Source of the DNA: Vibrio vulnificus CMCP6
GTDB taxonomy: Bacteria > Pseudomonadota > Gammaproteobacteria > Enterobacterales > Vibrionaceae
Reading direction: 5' to 3'
Assembly (NCBI RefSeq): GCF_000039765.1
Contig: NC_004459.3
Span: 2,421,127-2,453,126 of the forward strand
Length of the DNA stretch: 32,000 nucleotides
The position numbers and the translations under genes are program-made. The notes beneath the pieces were generated by a model that made no database searches, was not told where the DNA came from, and saw nothing but the letters and a program-made list of their open reading frames with translations. Positions 1-10,970 of the stretch are shown here, one piece after another; positions within the stretch are counted from its first letter, which is position 1, and each line of letters begins with the position of its first letter.

Positions 1-1964
1 CCGCGCTGACCAGCAAACTCGATAGCATGCTAGAACACGGTGAAGCTGGCATTATTGGCTATCAAGTGTGTAACGACGTGGCTAGCTTGGGGCGTATCTA
101 CAACATGCGTAAGAAAGCGGTTGGCTTGCTTGGTGCTGCGAAAGGACGAGCCAAACCGGTCGCGTTTGCGGAAGATACCTGCGTGCCACCAGAAAATTTG
201 GCCGATTTTATCGCTGAGTTTCGTCAATTGCTGGACAGTAAAAATCTCGAGTACGGTATGTTTGGTCATGTGGACGCCGGGGTTTTGCATGTTCGTCCTG
301 CACTTGATCTATGCGACCCGACACAAGAACTGCTCATGCATGAGGTGTCTGATGACGTTGTCAAACTGGTTGCGAAATATGGCGGTTTGATGTGGGGTGA
401 GCATGGTAAGGGTTTTCGCTCAGAATACGGCCCTGACTTTTTTGGTCAAGAGCTGTTTACCGAGCTAAGACGCATTAAAGCGGCGTTCGATCCTCACAAT
501 AAAATGAACCCAGGTAAGATCTGTACACCACTTGGTAGCGATGCAGAACTCGTCAAAGTCTCTGATACCAAAAGGGGTTTTTACGATCGCCAAATCGACG
601 TAAAAGTGCGCGACAGCTTCAAACAGGCGATGGAATGTAATGGCAATGGCTTGTGTTTTAACTACGATACAAGCTCGCCAATGTGTCCCTCGATGAAAGT
701 GACGGCAGACAGACGCCATTCACCAAAAGGTCGTGCAGGTTTGGTTCGTGAATGGTTGCGCCAGTTGACTGAGCAGGGCATTGATATTTTGGATTTGGAA
801 GCTCAAACCCTACAGGGTTCTCCGACCATTAAGAACATGCTTGATCGAGTCCGTAATCGAATTAATCAGCGTCATGAGTACGACTTCTCTCATGAAGTGT
901 ATGAGGCTATGAATGGTTGTTTGGCGTGTAAAGCGTGTGCCAGCCAATGCCCAATTAAAGTGGATGTGCCGAGCTTCCGTTCGCGCTTTCTCAACATCTA
1001 CCACAGCCGTTATCAACGCCCGGCGAAGGATTATCTGGTTGCGAACATCGAAACCTTGTTACCTATCATGTCTAAAGCGCCACGCTTGATTAATGGTGTG
1101 ATTCGCCAGTCGTGGATGCAAAGCTTAACGGAGAAAACGGTCGGTTACGTGGACACACCTTTATTGTCGGTCCCAACCTTGAAGCAGCGACTGGCAACAC
1201 TTAAAGAGTTTGATTTACAACAGTTAAATGCGCTTTCAAGTGATGAAAAACGCGATCACGTCTTGATTGTGCAAGATCCCTTTACCAGCTATTACGATGC
1301 ACAGGTTGTTGAAGATTTTGCTGCGTTAGTCACAAGCTTAGGTAAGACGCCAATATTGTTGCCGTTCAAACCCAATGGTAAAGCGCAACACATCAAAGGC
1401 TTTTTAAAGCGTTTTGCGGCAACTGCGAGTGATACTGCGAAGTTCCTAGAGCTGGTGGCAGATTTAGCGATTCCTATGGTTGGTGTCGATCCTGCATTGG
1501 TGCTTTGCTATCGTGATGAATACCAAGAGATCTTAGGGGACAAACGAGGCGATTTTCAAGTGCTCACTGCGCACGAGTGGTTACTGCCTCGTCTAGCGGA
1601 GTTTGATGTAACCAAAGGCAGCGCGGAGCCGCCTTGGTATTTGCTGGCGCATTGTACAGAAAAGACGAAATTACCGAACGCGGAAAAAGAGTGGGGCACT
1701 ATTTTTGCTCATTTTGGCGCTCAGCTTAATACCGTCCCAGTTGGTTGCTGTGGTATGGCTGGCACGTTTGGCCACGAAAGTGACAAGCTACAAATGTCGA
1801 AAGATATCTACGCCTTGAGCTGGCAGCCAAGTTTGGAGACATTACCAAAAGAGCGTTGCTTGATCACTGGCTACTCATGCCGCTCTCAAGTGAAGCGCTT
1901 TGAAGGCGTTCAACCTCTCCATCCGGTGCAAGCACTGCTTTCCATCTGTCGCCAGAATGGATGA
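1..1964 (+). CDS. FAD-linked oxidase / Fe-S (CCG-domain) oxidoreductase, YdiJ-like, C-terminal part (5' end lies outside the window)
   Basis: The frame is open from base 3 with no upstream stop, so the gene starts before the window. The translation has a 4Fe-4S ferredoxin motif (CLACKACASQCP) and a C-terminal cysteine-rich CCG motif (GCCGMAGTFGHE). The FAD-oxidase C-terminal region includes FDPHNKMNPGK. Confidence 0.75.
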   Translation, partial: ALTSKLDSMLEHGEAGIIGYQVCNDVASLGRIYNMRKKAVGLLGAAKGRAKPVAFAEDTCVPPENLADFIAEFRQLLDSKNLEYGMFGHVDAGVLHVRPALDLCDPTQELLMHEVSDDVVKLVAKYGGLMWGEHGKGFRSEYGPDFFGQELFTELRRIKAAFDPHNKMNPGKICTPLGSDAELVKVSDTKRGFYDRQIDVKVRDSFKQAMECNGNGLCFNYDTSSPMCPSMKVTADRRHSPKGRAGLVREWLRQLTEQGIDILDLEAQTLQGSPTIKNMLDRVRNRINQRHEYDFSHEVYEAMNGCLACKACASQCPIKVDVPSFRSRFLNIYHSRYQRPAKDYLVANIETLLPIMSKAPRLINGVIRQSWMQSLTEKTVGYVDTPLLSVPTLKQRLATLKEFDLQQLNALSSDEKRDHVLIVQDPFTSYYDAQVVEDFAALVTSLGKTPILLPFKPNGKAQHIKGFLKRFAATASDTAKFLELVADLAIPMVGVDPALVLCYRDEYQEILGDKRGDFQVLTAHEWLLPRLAEFDVTKGSAEPPWYLLAHCTEKTKLPNAEKEWGTIFAHFGAQLNTVPVGCCGMAGTFGHESDKLQMSKDIYALSWQPSLETLPKERCLITGYSCRSQVKRFEGVQPLHPVQALLSICRQNG

Positions 1965-1969
1965 CCGTG

Positions 1970-1996
1970 AGCCCAGCGTTATGCTGGGCTTTTTTG
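1970..1996 (+). terminator. Rho-independent terminator after the ydiJ-like gene
   Basis: AGCCCAGC-gttat-GCTGGGCT stem-loop followed by TTTTTT, starting 6 nt after the stop codon. Confidence 0.8.
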
Positions 1997-2036
1997 TGAA
2001 AAGAACCAGCGACCGTAAAGGTCTCCGGAGTTGAGA

Positions 2037-2498
2037 ATGGACAAACTCGAGTTAAAAATCCCCCCTGTTGCCGTATTTCTTATCCTCATATTTTTTATGT
2101 ATTTGACGAGTGAGTTTTTCATCTCATGGTCATTTTCACTTAGTGGTCGATTATGGTTCGCTGGTGTGTTGTTTGGCTTGTCTGGTGTCATTGGTATTGC
2201 CGGCGTATTGGCGTTTCGTCAAGCGCAAACAACGGTGAATCCGGTCAAACCAGAAAGTGCTTCGACAGTGGTATCTAATGGCATTTTTGCGTATACCCGC
2301 AACCCCATGTACCTCGCTTTATTGCTACTGTTACTCGCTTATGCGATTTGGTTAGAGAATATGTTGGCCTTTGCTGGTTGCCCTTTATTTGTTGCCTATA
2401 TGAACCGCTTTCAAATTTATCCCGAAGAAAGAGCGTTAGAAGGATTGTTCGGTGAGCGTTATTTAGTTTACAAACAAAAAGTTAGACGCTGGATGTAA
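2037..2498 (+). CDS. Isoprenylcysteine carboxyl / phospholipid methyltransferase-family membrane protein
   Basis: Multi-TM 153-aa protein with the family-typical TRNPMY...L motif. ATG at 2037 is preferred over the TTG at 2031 because GGAG (2027-2030) sits 6 nt upstream of it. Confidence 0.65.
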   Translation: MDKLELKIPPVAVFLILIFFMYLTSEFFISWSFSLSGRLWFAGVLFGLSGVIGIAGVLAFRQAQTTVNPVKPESASTVVSNGIFAYTRNPMYLALLLLLLAYAIWLENMLAFAGCPLFVAYMNRFQIYPEERALEGLFGERYLVYKQKVRRWM

Positions 2499-2672
2499 TA
2501 TAAAAGAAAGCTGTTTCTAATGTAGTGATTGTGAATATTGAGAAGCGTGATATTGATCTGTGAAATGAATTCCATCTTGATGGTGTTTGCTCTTTATGAA
2601 TGGTGCGTTTGATATATGATTTATTGATTTTTAAGAACAATAATCATTAACGTCATGTTGTAAGGAAATATC

Positions 2673-4301
2673 ATGTATCGTCGGAAAATACTTTCTATCG
2701 CTATCATATCTACATTGGCTTTCGCGAATAGCCAGGCTTTAGCTCTCGATTCATTGAATAGCTCGGAAAGTTCTGTGGAACGCTCTAATCGAATTATTGG
2801 TGGGGCTACGGCACCTGCCGAAAAGTGGCCATTTATGGCGGCGGTTGTGAGTAAGGGTTACAACGGAGGTAAAGGCCAATTTTGTGGCGCCAGTTTCATT
2901 GGCTCTAGATATGTCCTGACGGCTGCGCACTGTTTGGATGCAACCTTGGGTGAAGACATTGAAGTGATCATCGGCCAGCAGAATCTGTCTGCAGCGACGA
3001 GTGAACAACGTCTTTCAGTGCGTAAAGTATATATTCATGAAGAGTATGCTGACGCTGCTCTGGGAAATGACATCGCCATCTTAGAGTTGAGTGAAGAGTT
3101 TGAAGGCGCTCCCGTTGCCTTAGTAGAAGCCAGTTTTAGGAATTCATTGGCTGCTGGGACTAACTTGACAGTGATGGGATGGGGAGATCAAGACCCAACA
3201 GATAACTTTCGTGGTGCAACTCAGTTACAGCAAGTTGACGTCAATCTGATTGCTCAGCAAACATGCCGCAATGTCGGAGGAGATTACGCTAAGATTTCCG
3301 ATACGGCATTTTGTGCGGGACTGGTTCAAGGCGGCAAAGACTCATGTCAAGGTGACAGTGGTGGCCCGATTGTTGTCAGTGATAATGGCCAATACAAACA
3401 GTTGGGTATTGTCAGTTGGGGTGATGGTTGCGCGGAGAAAGGCAAGTACGGTGTGTATGCCAATGTCAGTTATTACGCTGATTGGATTGCCAATAAAACA
3501 AAAGGCCTGAGTTACGATCAGCATGTTTATGAGGGCATCGTCTCACCAGGTATTCAGAGTGCGACGTTAACTTACCGAAATAATACCGAGAGTGAGTTAT
3601 TGCTATCCAACTTCTCCACGACGTCAAGTGCTCAAATTGTTCATAATACTTGCGAACAGCCTCTTGCAATCGGAACAGAGTGCCAAATTACTACAAGCTA
3701 CAGTCTTCTTGGCTCTGGTGATTTTTCTTATGATGTGACAATGGATAGCAACCAAGGTATAGGCCAAGTGAAATCGACGGTGCATTATCAATCTTACCCA
3801 TTGGCCGACCCGTTCATATCAGATTGGATCATGGGACAAATTCCTAAGCAACAACTGTCCGTATTTAGTCAGGGTATCGAGTGGGATTTTTCTGCGATAG
3901 GGATTATGTCCGGTAATTTAGAAAAGGATCAACATTCAGGTATTGCGATTTCAGGGATAGAAAAAGGACAACTGGCCTTGGACATGTCTGTCTCTTCGGA
4001 AGAAAAATTTGATGAATTAAAGATTTTCGTCAATGGCAGACTAGAGTTGTCGGTAAGTGGAGAGCAAAAAGGGACGGTCTCATTCGTGTTACCCCGCGAG
4101 AAAAACGTAATTGAATTGGTATATGTGAAAGATGAGTTAGGAAGTGAAGGGGCAGATCGCGGTTTCTTAAATGCCATTCGCTACAGTTCATCACTCATCT
4201 TACCATCGGCAGAAAGTTCAAGTTCGGGTTCAAGCAGTGGTGGTAGCTTAGGTTGGTTATCGTTATTTGCTTTGTTGGGTTTCTTAAGACGAAAATACTA
4301 A
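2673..4301 (+). CDS. Secreted trypsin-like serine protease with GlyGly-CTERM sorting signal (Vibrio Ves-type)
   Basis: Signal peptide, mature N-terminus IIGG, and catalytic triad contexts TAAHC, DIAIL and GDSGGP. The C-terminus SSGGSLGWLSLFALLGFLRRKY has a Gly-Gly motif, a TM helix and a basic tail, as in the GlyGly-CTERM/rhombosortase signal. Confidence 0.85.
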   Translation: MYRRKILSIAIISTLAFANSQALALDSLNSSESSVERSNRIIGGATAPAEKWPFMAAVVSKGYNGGKGQFCGASFIGSRYVLTAAHCLDATLGEDIEVIIGQQNLSAATSEQRLSVRKVYIHEEYADAALGNDIAILELSEEFEGAPVALVEASFRNSLAAGTNLTVMGWGDQDPTDNFRGATQLQQVDVNLIAQQTCRNVGGDYAKISDTAFCAGLVQGGKDSCQGDSGGPIVVSDNGQYKQLGIVSWGDGCAEKGKYGVYANVSYYADWIANKTKGLSYDQHVYEGIVSPGIQSATLTYRNNTESELLLSNFSTTSSAQIVHNTCEQPLAIGTECQITTSYSLLGSGDFSYDVTMDSNQGIGQVKSTVHYQSYPLADPFISDWIMGQIPKQQLSVFSQGIEWDFSAIGIMSGNLEKDQHSGIAISGIEKGQLALDMSVSSEEKFDELKIFVNGRLELSVSGEQKGTVSFVLPREKNVIELVYVKDELGSEGADRGFLNAIRYSSSLILPSAESSSSGSSSGGSLGWLSLFALLGFLRRKY

Positions 4302-4345
4302 CAGAATAGTAATGTGTACGTTTTGACCATCTCGTATTAAAGAGA

Positions 4346-4370
4346 AAGGGAGCTTTAAATAAGCTCCCTT
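4346..4370. terminator. Bidirectional terminator between convergent genes
   Basis: AAGGGAGCTT-taaat-AAGCTCCCTT perfect 10-bp stem. It is T-rich downstream on the + strand (TTGTTCTT) and A-rich upstream, giving a T-run on the - strand. Confidence 0.75.
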
Positions 4371-4407
4371 TTGTTCTTAGTATTGTTTGTTTACTTGGCT
4401 AAGTCAC

Positions 4408-5133
4408 TTATGCTGCTTGCGCAAACTGCTGCAAGAAGGCTTCTTTACGTTCGTTAAAGCGGTTAACCAAGTCATCAACAGCATCTTGGTCATAAGGCTT
4501 TAGGCCGCTGGCTACCATGCGTTTAATCCCTCGTCCAACTACTTCGCCATCTTCTTTAAACGCGAAGTTAAGGGTGACAACACCACGTTTACCATCGACA
4601 TCAAAGGTGGCGCCGGTAAATGCCACCTCTGGGTGAGAAAGATCCAGACGTTCAAATTCGACTTCCATGCTTTCGTAAATCACCAGAGGACGCTGGCAAT
4701 TGATCATCATCTGCTGCTCTTCCATTAGAGGCACCATGATGTGTGGGAAGTTCATGCCTGAGAATTGAACATAGTTGGTCACCACGTGCTCAATGAAAGC
4801 CGCATCGCGATTCACGTCGCCTTCGCGGCTCATGTGCAGATACTCTTTACCTGCAGCATCAAGTACGGCACTCTCTTTTGCACACTTATTTTCAATGTGA
4901 AGAGCCACACCATCGTTGACCATGCCAGAAAAGTCGAAACGCATTTTTTGGCTGACGCCTTCTTTGCTGAGCAGTACGGCAAACAAAAGATCGCCAGGTA
5001 CGCAGAAGCGCTTGCTGTCTTCATCATGGATTGGGTTATAGTCTCCCGCGACTTTTTTTGCAAAGTGGCTTGCTTGCTCGCGAGTGAACTGAAATTGATG
5101 GTTATTGCTTGAAAAATAAGGTGTTAGAAACAT
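4408..5133 (-). CDS. MaoC/hotdog-fold dehydratase-like protein
   Basis: 241-aa ORF containing GDYNPIHDED, which matches the MaoC hydratase G-D-x-N-P-[LIV]-H motif. No other domain was recognised. Confidence 0.55.
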   Translation of the reverse strand: MFLTPYFSSNNHQFQFTREQASHFAKKVAGDYNPIHDEDSKRFCVPGDLLFAVLLSKEGVSQKMRFDFSGMVNDGVALHIENKCAKESAVLDAAGKEYLHMSREGDVNRDAAFIEHVVTNYVQFSGMNFPHIMVPLMEEQQMMINCQRPLVIYESMEVEFERLDLSHPEVAFTGATFDVDGKRGVVTLNFAFKEDGEVVGRGIKRMVASGLKPYDQDAVDDLVNRFNERKEAFLQQFAQAA

Positions 5134-5270
5134 ATGTCGTATGATATAGCCAAAACTGTGGCTGATTATACGCTATGAGAATAGATTCAATGGTCCATCC
5201 AGTGTGAAAGTTCAATATTTGCTCACAGATTTGGGTGCAAAGTGAACGGTTTACATCTGGAAACAAGAAG

Positions 5271-5295
5271 CAAGAGGGCAAGTTATGCCCTCTTG
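5271..5295 (-). terminator. Terminator downstream of hutH
   Basis: CAAGAGGGC-7 nt-GCCCTCTTG stem. On the minus strand it is followed by CTTCTTGTTT, 25 nt after the hutH stop. Confidence 0.65.
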
Positions 5296-5319
5296 TGGTT
5301 ATGGTTTGCTTATCCGTGA

Positions 5320-6861
5320 TTAGAGAACACTCGGTAACAGCGCTTCTGGCATCAGCACGTTGTGCATGGCCAGCTTTAGCAGTGAGTTGGCCTTTTCAAT
5401 ATCCGGTGCAAAGTAACGGTCTTTATCATAGAAACTGACTTTCTCTCGTAGCATCTGCTTTGCTTGTTCTATGCGAGGTGAGGATTTATGTGGTGCACGG
5501 AAATCCAGTCCTTGCGCCGCTGAGAGATACTCTACCGCTAAGATGCCACGTGTGTTTTCACCCATTTCACGTAAACGACGGGCGGCAAAGGTGGCCATGG
5601 ACACATGATCTTCTTGGTTCGCTGACGTTGGTAAGCTATCCACGGATGCCGGGTGTGCAAGAGTTTTGTTTTCACTTGCCAACGCCGCTGAGGTCACTTG
5701 CGCAATCATAAAACCAGAGTTGACTCCGCCGTTATCGACCAAAAATGGTGGCAGCTTAGAGAGTGCGCTATCAATCAGCAATGCCATGCGGCGCTCTGAG
5801 AGGCTACCGATTTCTGCAATCGCGAGAGCAAGGTTGTCTGCTGCCATAGCAACAGGCTCCGCGTGGAAGTTACCACCAGAAATGATGTCGTCATCTTCAG
5901 CAAATACGAGGGGATTGTCGGAAACCGAGTTCGACTCAACCAACAAGATCTCAGCTGAGTTACGGATCTGCTGCAGACATGCGCCCATCACTTGCGGCTG
6001 GCAACGCAACGAATAAGGGTCTTGCACCTTTTCACAGTTGCTGTGTGACTGGCCAATTTCACTACTGGTGTCCAGTAGATGACGATAGGCCATCGCCGAA
6101 TCCATTTGGCTACGGTGTCCGCGCACGCGGTGAATACGCGGGTCAAAAGGACGGCGACTCCCTAACGCAGCTTCGACTGACATTGCGCCGCAGACGGTGG
6201 CGGATGCGAAGAGGTCTTCAGCGATAAACAGACCTTCCAACGCGAAAGCCGTCGAGGCCTGTGTGCCATTCAGTAGTGCCAGACCTTCTTTTGGTGCAAG
6301 CGTGATCGGTTCAAGGCCAGCAATTTTGAGTGCTTCTAGGCCTGAGATAATTTTGCCGTTGTGACGCGCTTGCCCTTCACCCAGTAACACTGTGCTCATA
6401 TGAGCCAGTGGGGCCAAGTCGCCCGATGCCCCAACCGAGCCTTTTTGTGGTACACAAGGATAAACTTGCGCGTTGACCAAATCGATCAGCATTTGAATGA
6501 CGTTGAGACGAATACCGGAATAACCACGGGATAGGCTATTGATTTTGAGCACCATCATCAGACGTACCGTTTCATCTGCCATGAACTCGCCGATACCCGC
6601 TGCGTGAGAAAGGACGATACTGCGTTGCAGTGTTTCAAGATCTTCTGGGGCGATGCGTGTATTGGCCAATAAGCCAAACCCAGTATTAATGCCGTAAACG
6701 GTGCGATCCTCGGCGATGACTCGTTCAACCACTTGAGTGCTCTCTTCAATGGCTGGAATCGCGGACGCATCAAGAGAAAGATTGATCGGGGAACGACTGA
6801 CTTGACGCAGTTGATTTAAGCTAAGACAACCGGGCTTTAGCGTGAGATTTAACATATCCAT
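5320..6861 (-). CDS. hutH: Histidine ammonia-lyase
   Basis: 513 aa with the MIO-forming Ala-Ser-Gly context [14 protein letters not shown]. Lies in a hut cluster. Confidence 0.95.
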   Translation of the reverse strand: MDMLNLTLKPGCLSLNQLRQVSRSPINLSLDASAIPAIEESTQVVERVIAEDRTVYGINTGFGLLANTRIAPEDLETLQRSIVLSHAAGIGEFMADETVRLMMVLKINSLSRGYSGIRLNVIQMLIDLVNAQVYPCVPQKGSVGASGDLAPLAHMSTVLLGEGQARHNGKIISGLEALKIAGLEPITLAPKEGLALLNGTQASTAFALEGLFIAEDLFASATVCGAMSVEAALGSRRPFDPRIHRVRGHRSQMDSAMAYRHLLDTSSEIGQSHSNCEKVQDPYSLRCQPQVMGACLQQIRNSAEILLVESNSVSDNPLVFAEDDDIISGGNFHAEPVAMAADNLALAIAEIGSLSERRMALLIDSALSKLPPFLVDNGGVNSGFMIAQVTSAALASENKTLAHPASVDSLPTSANQEDHVSMATFAARRLREMGENTRGILAVEYLSAAQGLDFRAPHKSSPRIEQAKQMLREKVSFYDKDRYFAPDIEKANSLLKLAMHNVLMPEALLPSVL

Positions 6862-6866
6862 ATTCC

Positions 6867-8564
6867 TTACTTCAACTTGCTCAATTCTTCGTTCAGCATC
6901 GGCAGGTCAAGACCTTGCTGCGCTGCGCACTGTTTGGCGATGTCGTAACCCGCATCGGCGTGGCGCATCACTCCCGTTGCAGGATCGTTATGCAGCACTC
7001 GGGCAATACGCGCTGACGCATCTTCTGTTCCGTCACAGCAAATTACCATTCCAGAGTGTTGCGAGAAGCCCATGCCTACACCACCACCATGATGGAGTGA
7101 TACCCAAGTCGCACCACCGGCGGTATTGAGGAGGGCATTGAGCAGTGGCCAGTCAGAAACCGCGTCTGAACCGTCCATCATGCCTTCCGTTTCACGGTTT
7201 GGGCTGGCGACGGAACCCGAATCTAGATGATCACGACCAATCACGATCGGCGCTTTTAGTTCGCCATTTTTCACCATTTCATTAAATGCCTGGCCTAGGC
7301 GTTCGCGATCTTTCAGACCCACCCAGCAAATACGTGCGGGTAAACCTTGGAATTGAATTCGCTCGCGTGCCATGTCTAACCAATTGTGCAGATGAGGATT
7401 GTCAGGAATCAGCTCTTTCACTTTTTGGTCTGTTTTGTAAATGTCCTCAGGATCGCCCGACAGCGCCGCCCAGCGGAAAGGGCCAATGCCTTCGCAGAAC
7501 AAAGGTCGAATATATGCTGGCACAAAGCCCGGGAAATCAAATGCATTCTCGACCCCTTCTTCTAGCGCCATTTGACGAATGTTGTTGCCGTAATCGAGCG
7601 TGGCGGCTCCACGACTTTGCAGTTCAAGCATGGCTTTGACTTGAACCGCCATGGACTGTTTTGCGGCTTTGACGACAGTGCTCTCGTCTTGCTGACGCAT
7701 TTCCGCTGCGTAGGCCATACTCCAGCCTTGCGGTAAGTAGCCATTCAACGGGTCATGTGCCGAGGTTTGATCGGTGACGACATCGGGCGTGATGTTGCGC
7801 TCCACCAATTCTGCGAACACATCGGCGGCGTTACCCAGTAAGCCAACAGAGACAGGCGTGTCGGATTCTTTGACGATGGCCAACGCTTCCTCTAGGGTGG
7901 TCGCTTTCTTATCGACATAACCCGTACGTAGGCGATAATCGATACGCGATTCATCACATTCAACGGCAATCATCGAGAAGCCAGCCATGGTTGCAGCAAG
8001 TGGCTGTGCGCCGCCCATGCCACCAAGACCACCAGTGAGTACCCAACGACCTTTTGCTTCACCGGCGAAGTGTTTTTTTGCAACAGCGACGAAGGTTTCG
8101 TAGGTACCCTGTACGATGCCTTGAGAGCCGATGTAGATCCAGCTGCCCGCGGTCATTTGGCCATACATCATCAAGCCTTGTTTATCGAGCTCATTGAAGT
8201 GTTCCCAGTTTGCCCAGTGTGGAACCAGGTTAGAGTTGGCGATCAGCACGCGTGGTGCATTTTTATGCGTAGGGAAGACACCCACAGGTTTACCTGATTG
8301 AACCAACAAAGTTTGGTCGTCTTCCAGACGCTCAAGCACTTCAACAATCTTGTCGAAGCATGCCCAATTGCGTGCAGCACGCCCAATGCCGCCATACACC
8401 ACTAAGGCGTGCGGATGCTCAGCCACATCAGGATCCAAATTATTCATCAGCATGCGCAATGGCGCTTCGGTCAACCATGACTTGGCTCTTAGCGTGGTGC
8501 CATGAGGGGCGCGAATGGTTCGGCTGGTGTCTAGGCGAGGATCTTGTCCTTGGCTCTGTGTCAT
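6867..8564 (-). CDS. hutU: Urocanate hydratase
   Basis: 565 aa with the NAD-binding [11 protein letters not shown] motif. Typical urocanase length, lying 5 nt upstream of hutH. Confidence 0.95.
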   Translation of the reverse strand: MTQSQGQDPRLDTSRTIRAPHGTTLRAKSWLTEAPLRMLMNNLDPDVAEHPHALVVYGGIGRAARNWACFDKIVEVLERLEDDQTLLVQSGKPVGVFPTHKNAPRVLIANSNLVPHWANWEHFNELDKQGLMMYGQMTAGSWIYIGSQGIVQGTYETFVAVAKKHFAGEAKGRWVLTGGLGGMGGAQPLAATMAGFSMIAVECDESRIDYRLRTGYVDKKATTLEEALAIVKESDTPVSVGLLGNAADVFAELVERNITPDVVTDQTSAHDPLNGYLPQGWSMAYAAEMRQQDESTVVKAAKQSMAVQVKAMLELQSRGAATLDYGNNIRQMALEEGVENAFDFPGFVPAYIRPLFCEGIGPFRWAALSGDPEDIYKTDQKVKELIPDNPHLHNWLDMARERIQFQGLPARICWVGLKDRERLGQAFNEMVKNGELKAPIVIGRDHLDSGSVASPNRETEGMMDGSDAVSDWPLLNALLNTAGGATWVSLHHGGGVGMGFSQHSGMVICCDGTEDASARIARVLHNDPATGVMRHADAGYDIAKQCAAQQGLDLPMLNEELSKLK

Positions 8565-8626
8565 TGTAAGACTCCTTTAATTTCACGTAGCGGTGAACTC
8601 ATCGGTTCACCTGATTGTTGTTCTGT

Positions 8627-9637
8627 TTATTGATGTTCGAGTTTGTCGTTCATGGCGTTGGCAATGTCCCAGCACAATCTGGCCGCTAGCCGCGCTGTTT
8701 GGCTGTCGACGTCATAAGTCGGGTTGTATTCGGCAATGTCGGCCAACATTAATTTGTCTCGGTGCGCGAGGATACGATCAAGAAAGGGCGCTAAGTTGTC
8801 GTAACTGACCCCTCTTGCCGCAGGGGCGCTTACGCCTGGCGCGGTGGCCGCAGGGAAAACGTCCAAGTCAATGGTCAAATAGAGGTAGTCGCAGTCGTCG
8901 ATAAAATGCTGCAACTGGGTAAGATGGTAGTCGTGGTTGACCGAGCCAAGATCTTTGTCTTCAACAAACCACACGTTGAGTTGCTCGGCGCGCTCAAACA
9001 AGGCGCGTGTGTTGCTTGCCTTACTCACACCTAGGCAAGCGTAATGAAAATCCCAACCTTGTTGCTGGCAATAGTGCTGTATTTGATTGAAAGGCGTGCC
9101 CGAGCTTGGCTTGATATCGGCTTGTGAACTTGAAAAAGCGCGTAAGTCGAAATGCGCGTCGAAATTGATGATGCCAATTTTGGGTGCTTTTTCTGGATGA
9201 TGCTGTTCAAAATAACGCGCCAAACCAGAAAAGGACGCCCATGCCACTTCGTGGCCACCCCCTAGGGTAATGACAGGAACACTCGGAAGAACTTCGGCAA
9301 TCATTTTGGCGCAGTGCTGCTGGCTTGATTCCAGCAGGTCGTCATCGCACACAACGGTGCCCAAGTCGTAGAGCGGATGTGGTGAATGCCACGCTAAGTT
9401 AGCTAAAGCTCGGCGGATCAAGTCCGGTGATTTCTTTGCGCCAATGCGGCCTTTATTGCGCGCCACGCCCGCATCACAGGCGAAGCCAAGCAGTGCGACA
9501 CCATAAGGATTTTCACCGATATGGGTATAATCAATCTGCTGCACCACATGATGAACACGCGAACCCGCGGCACCGTCTTCCGCATCGTGGCGACCTTGCC
9601 AATGAAATTCATTATGAAGAAAAAAATGTTTACTCAT
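8627..9637 (-). CDS. hutG: Formimidoylglutamase (arginase-fold)
   Basis: Arginase-family metal-ligand motifs are present ([24 protein letters not shown]). The start is set at ATG 9637 (MSKHFF...), which overlaps the hutI stop. The 400-aa track ORF starting at 9829 would run 200 nt inside hutI. Confidence 0.85.
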   Translation of the reverse strand: MSKHFFLHNEFHWQGRHDAEDGAAGSRVHHVVQQIDYTHIGENPYGVALLGFACDAGVARNKGRIGAKKSPDLIRRALANLAWHSPHPLYDLGTVVCDDDLLESSQQHCAKMIAEVLPSVPVITLGGGHEVAWASFSGLARYFEQHHPEKAPKIGIINFDAHFDLRAFSSSQADIKPSSGTPFNQIQHYCQQQGWDFHYACLGVSKASNTRALFERAEQLNVWFVEDKDLGSVNHDYHLTQLQHFIDDCDYLYLTIDLDVFPAATAPGVSAPAARGVSYDNLAPFLDRILAHRDKLMLADIAEYNPTYDVDSQTARLAARLCWDIANAMNDKLEHQ

Positions 9638-10850
9638 CACAACACTCCTTGTGTTGCTCGAATTGACCATCAACGACTCTTGCAAAGAGACGCTGAGTTC
9701 CGACTTGATAACTGAGATCGGCGGGATGCTCGATCTGCCAGATGGCGAGATCCGCTTCATAACCTGTTTTGATTTGCCCTCGACTCTCCGCATAGCCCAA
9801 TGCTTGCGCCGCATTTTGAGTGACGCCACGTAAAGCTTCTTCTGGCGTTAAACGAAAGAGGGTACAAGCCATGTTCATCATTAAAGTTAAATCACAAAAT
9901 GGTGAGGTGCCGGGGTTAACATCGCTGGCAATGGCCATGGGCACACCAAACTGACGCAATAGTTCAATCGGCGGCAATTGAGTTTCACGCAGAAAATAGA
10001 ACGCCCCAGGCAATAGAGTCGCGACGGTCGATGAACGGGCAAGTGCTTCGACGCCTGCTGGATCAAGAAATTCAATATGGTCAGCAGAAAGCCCCTGATA
10101 ACGAGCAGTTAAAGCGGTTCCGCCCAAATTTGACAGTTGCTCTGTGTGCCCTTTGATACGCAGCCCGTGCTCGACAGCACACGCATAGACTCTTTCTGTT
10201 TGTGCCAAATCAAACCCAATTGACTCACAAAATACATCGACGCTGGTGGCTAACTGTTCTTCGGCCACCAGTGGGATGATCTCTTGGCAAATAAACTCGA
10301 TGTAGTCGTTCGCACGGCCAGTAAATTCAGGGGGGAGGGCATGGGCGGCCAACAGTGTTGGTGTGACCTTCACCAATCGATGCTGTGATAAGGACTTTGC
10401 CACTCGCAGCATTTTGATTTCATCAACCAGTGTCAATCCATAACCCGATTTGACTTCAACCGAAGTGACGCCACTGGCAAGCAAGCCATCAAGACGTGGT
10501 AGCGTTTGTTCGAGTAACTGCGCTTCACTGGCTTGGCGTGTCGCGTAAACGGTAGAAAGAATGCCCCCGCCTTGGCGAGCGATTTCTTGATAGGGAACGC
10601 CCTGCAATCGCATTTCAAATTCGTTGGACCGATTACCCGCGTAAACAAGATGTGTGTGGCAGTCGATAAGGCCGGGAGTAACCAGCTTACCTTTTAGATC
10701 AATTTGCTTAGTAGCAGCCAGTGCCGTGTCAATGCCTAGATAATGGATCTTCCCCGCCTTAATGCCAATCGACATCGGCGTGCTGGGTTGATAACCCATT
10801 TCCCCTGATTGCAAAGTGACAAGGCGTGCGTTGGTAAGCAACAGATCCAT
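9630..10850 (-). CDS. hutI: Imidazolonepropionase
   Basis: 406 aa amidohydrolase-fold protein with the LIDCHTHL metal motif. Position in the hut cluster supports the call. Confidence 0.9.
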   Translation of the reverse strand: MDLLLTNARLVTLQSGEMGYQPSTPMSIGIKAGKIHYLGIDTALAATKQIDLKGKLVTPGLIDCHTHLVYAGNRSNEFEMRLQGVPYQEIARQGGGILSTVYATRQASEAQLLEQTLPRLDGLLASGVTSVEVKSGYGLTLVDEIKMLRVAKSLSQHRLVKVTPTLLAAHALPPEFTGRANDYIEFICQEIIPLVAEEQLATSVDVFCESIGFDLAQTERVYACAVEHGLRIKGHTEQLSNLGGTALTARYQGLSADHIEFLDPAGVEALARSSTVATLLPGAFYFLRETQLPPIELLRQFGVPMAIASDVNPGTSPFCDLTLMMNMACTLFRLTPEEALRGVTQNAAQALGYAESRGQIKTGYEADLAIWQIEHPADLSYQVGTQRLFARVVDGQFEQHKECCDE

Positions 10851-10881
10851 GATTAAGGTTCCAATGATTTGTATTGACTAA

Positions 10882-10891
10882 ATGTATATAC
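10882..10891. promoter_or_regulatory. Candidate HutC operator (perfect palindrome TGTATATACA) upstream of hutI
   Basis: A 10-bp perfect palindrome in the hutC-hutI intergenic region. Its core GTaTAtAC fits the GT-n-TA-n-AC half-site logic of HutC/FarR-subfamily GntR repressors. Confidence 0.55.
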
Positions 10892-10970
10892 AAATAAATA
10901 GGAGAAAATAACCGTTGTGACAAGGTGAATGTTGCTGAAATGTGATCAAATCGAAGTGTGATACTCTAAA

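Noticed and set aside
8592-8611. Inverted repeat GGTGAAC-6 nt-GTTCACC between hutG and hutU
   Set aside because: It may be a minor mRNA structure. There is no U-run and no known operator similarity, and I cannot attach a function from sequence alone.
8627-9829. 400-aa version of the hutG ORF
   Set aside because: The first 64 codons lie inside hutI in another frame and look like noise ([15 protein letters not shown]...). ATG 9637 gives a normal-length formimidoylglutamase coupled to the hutI stop.
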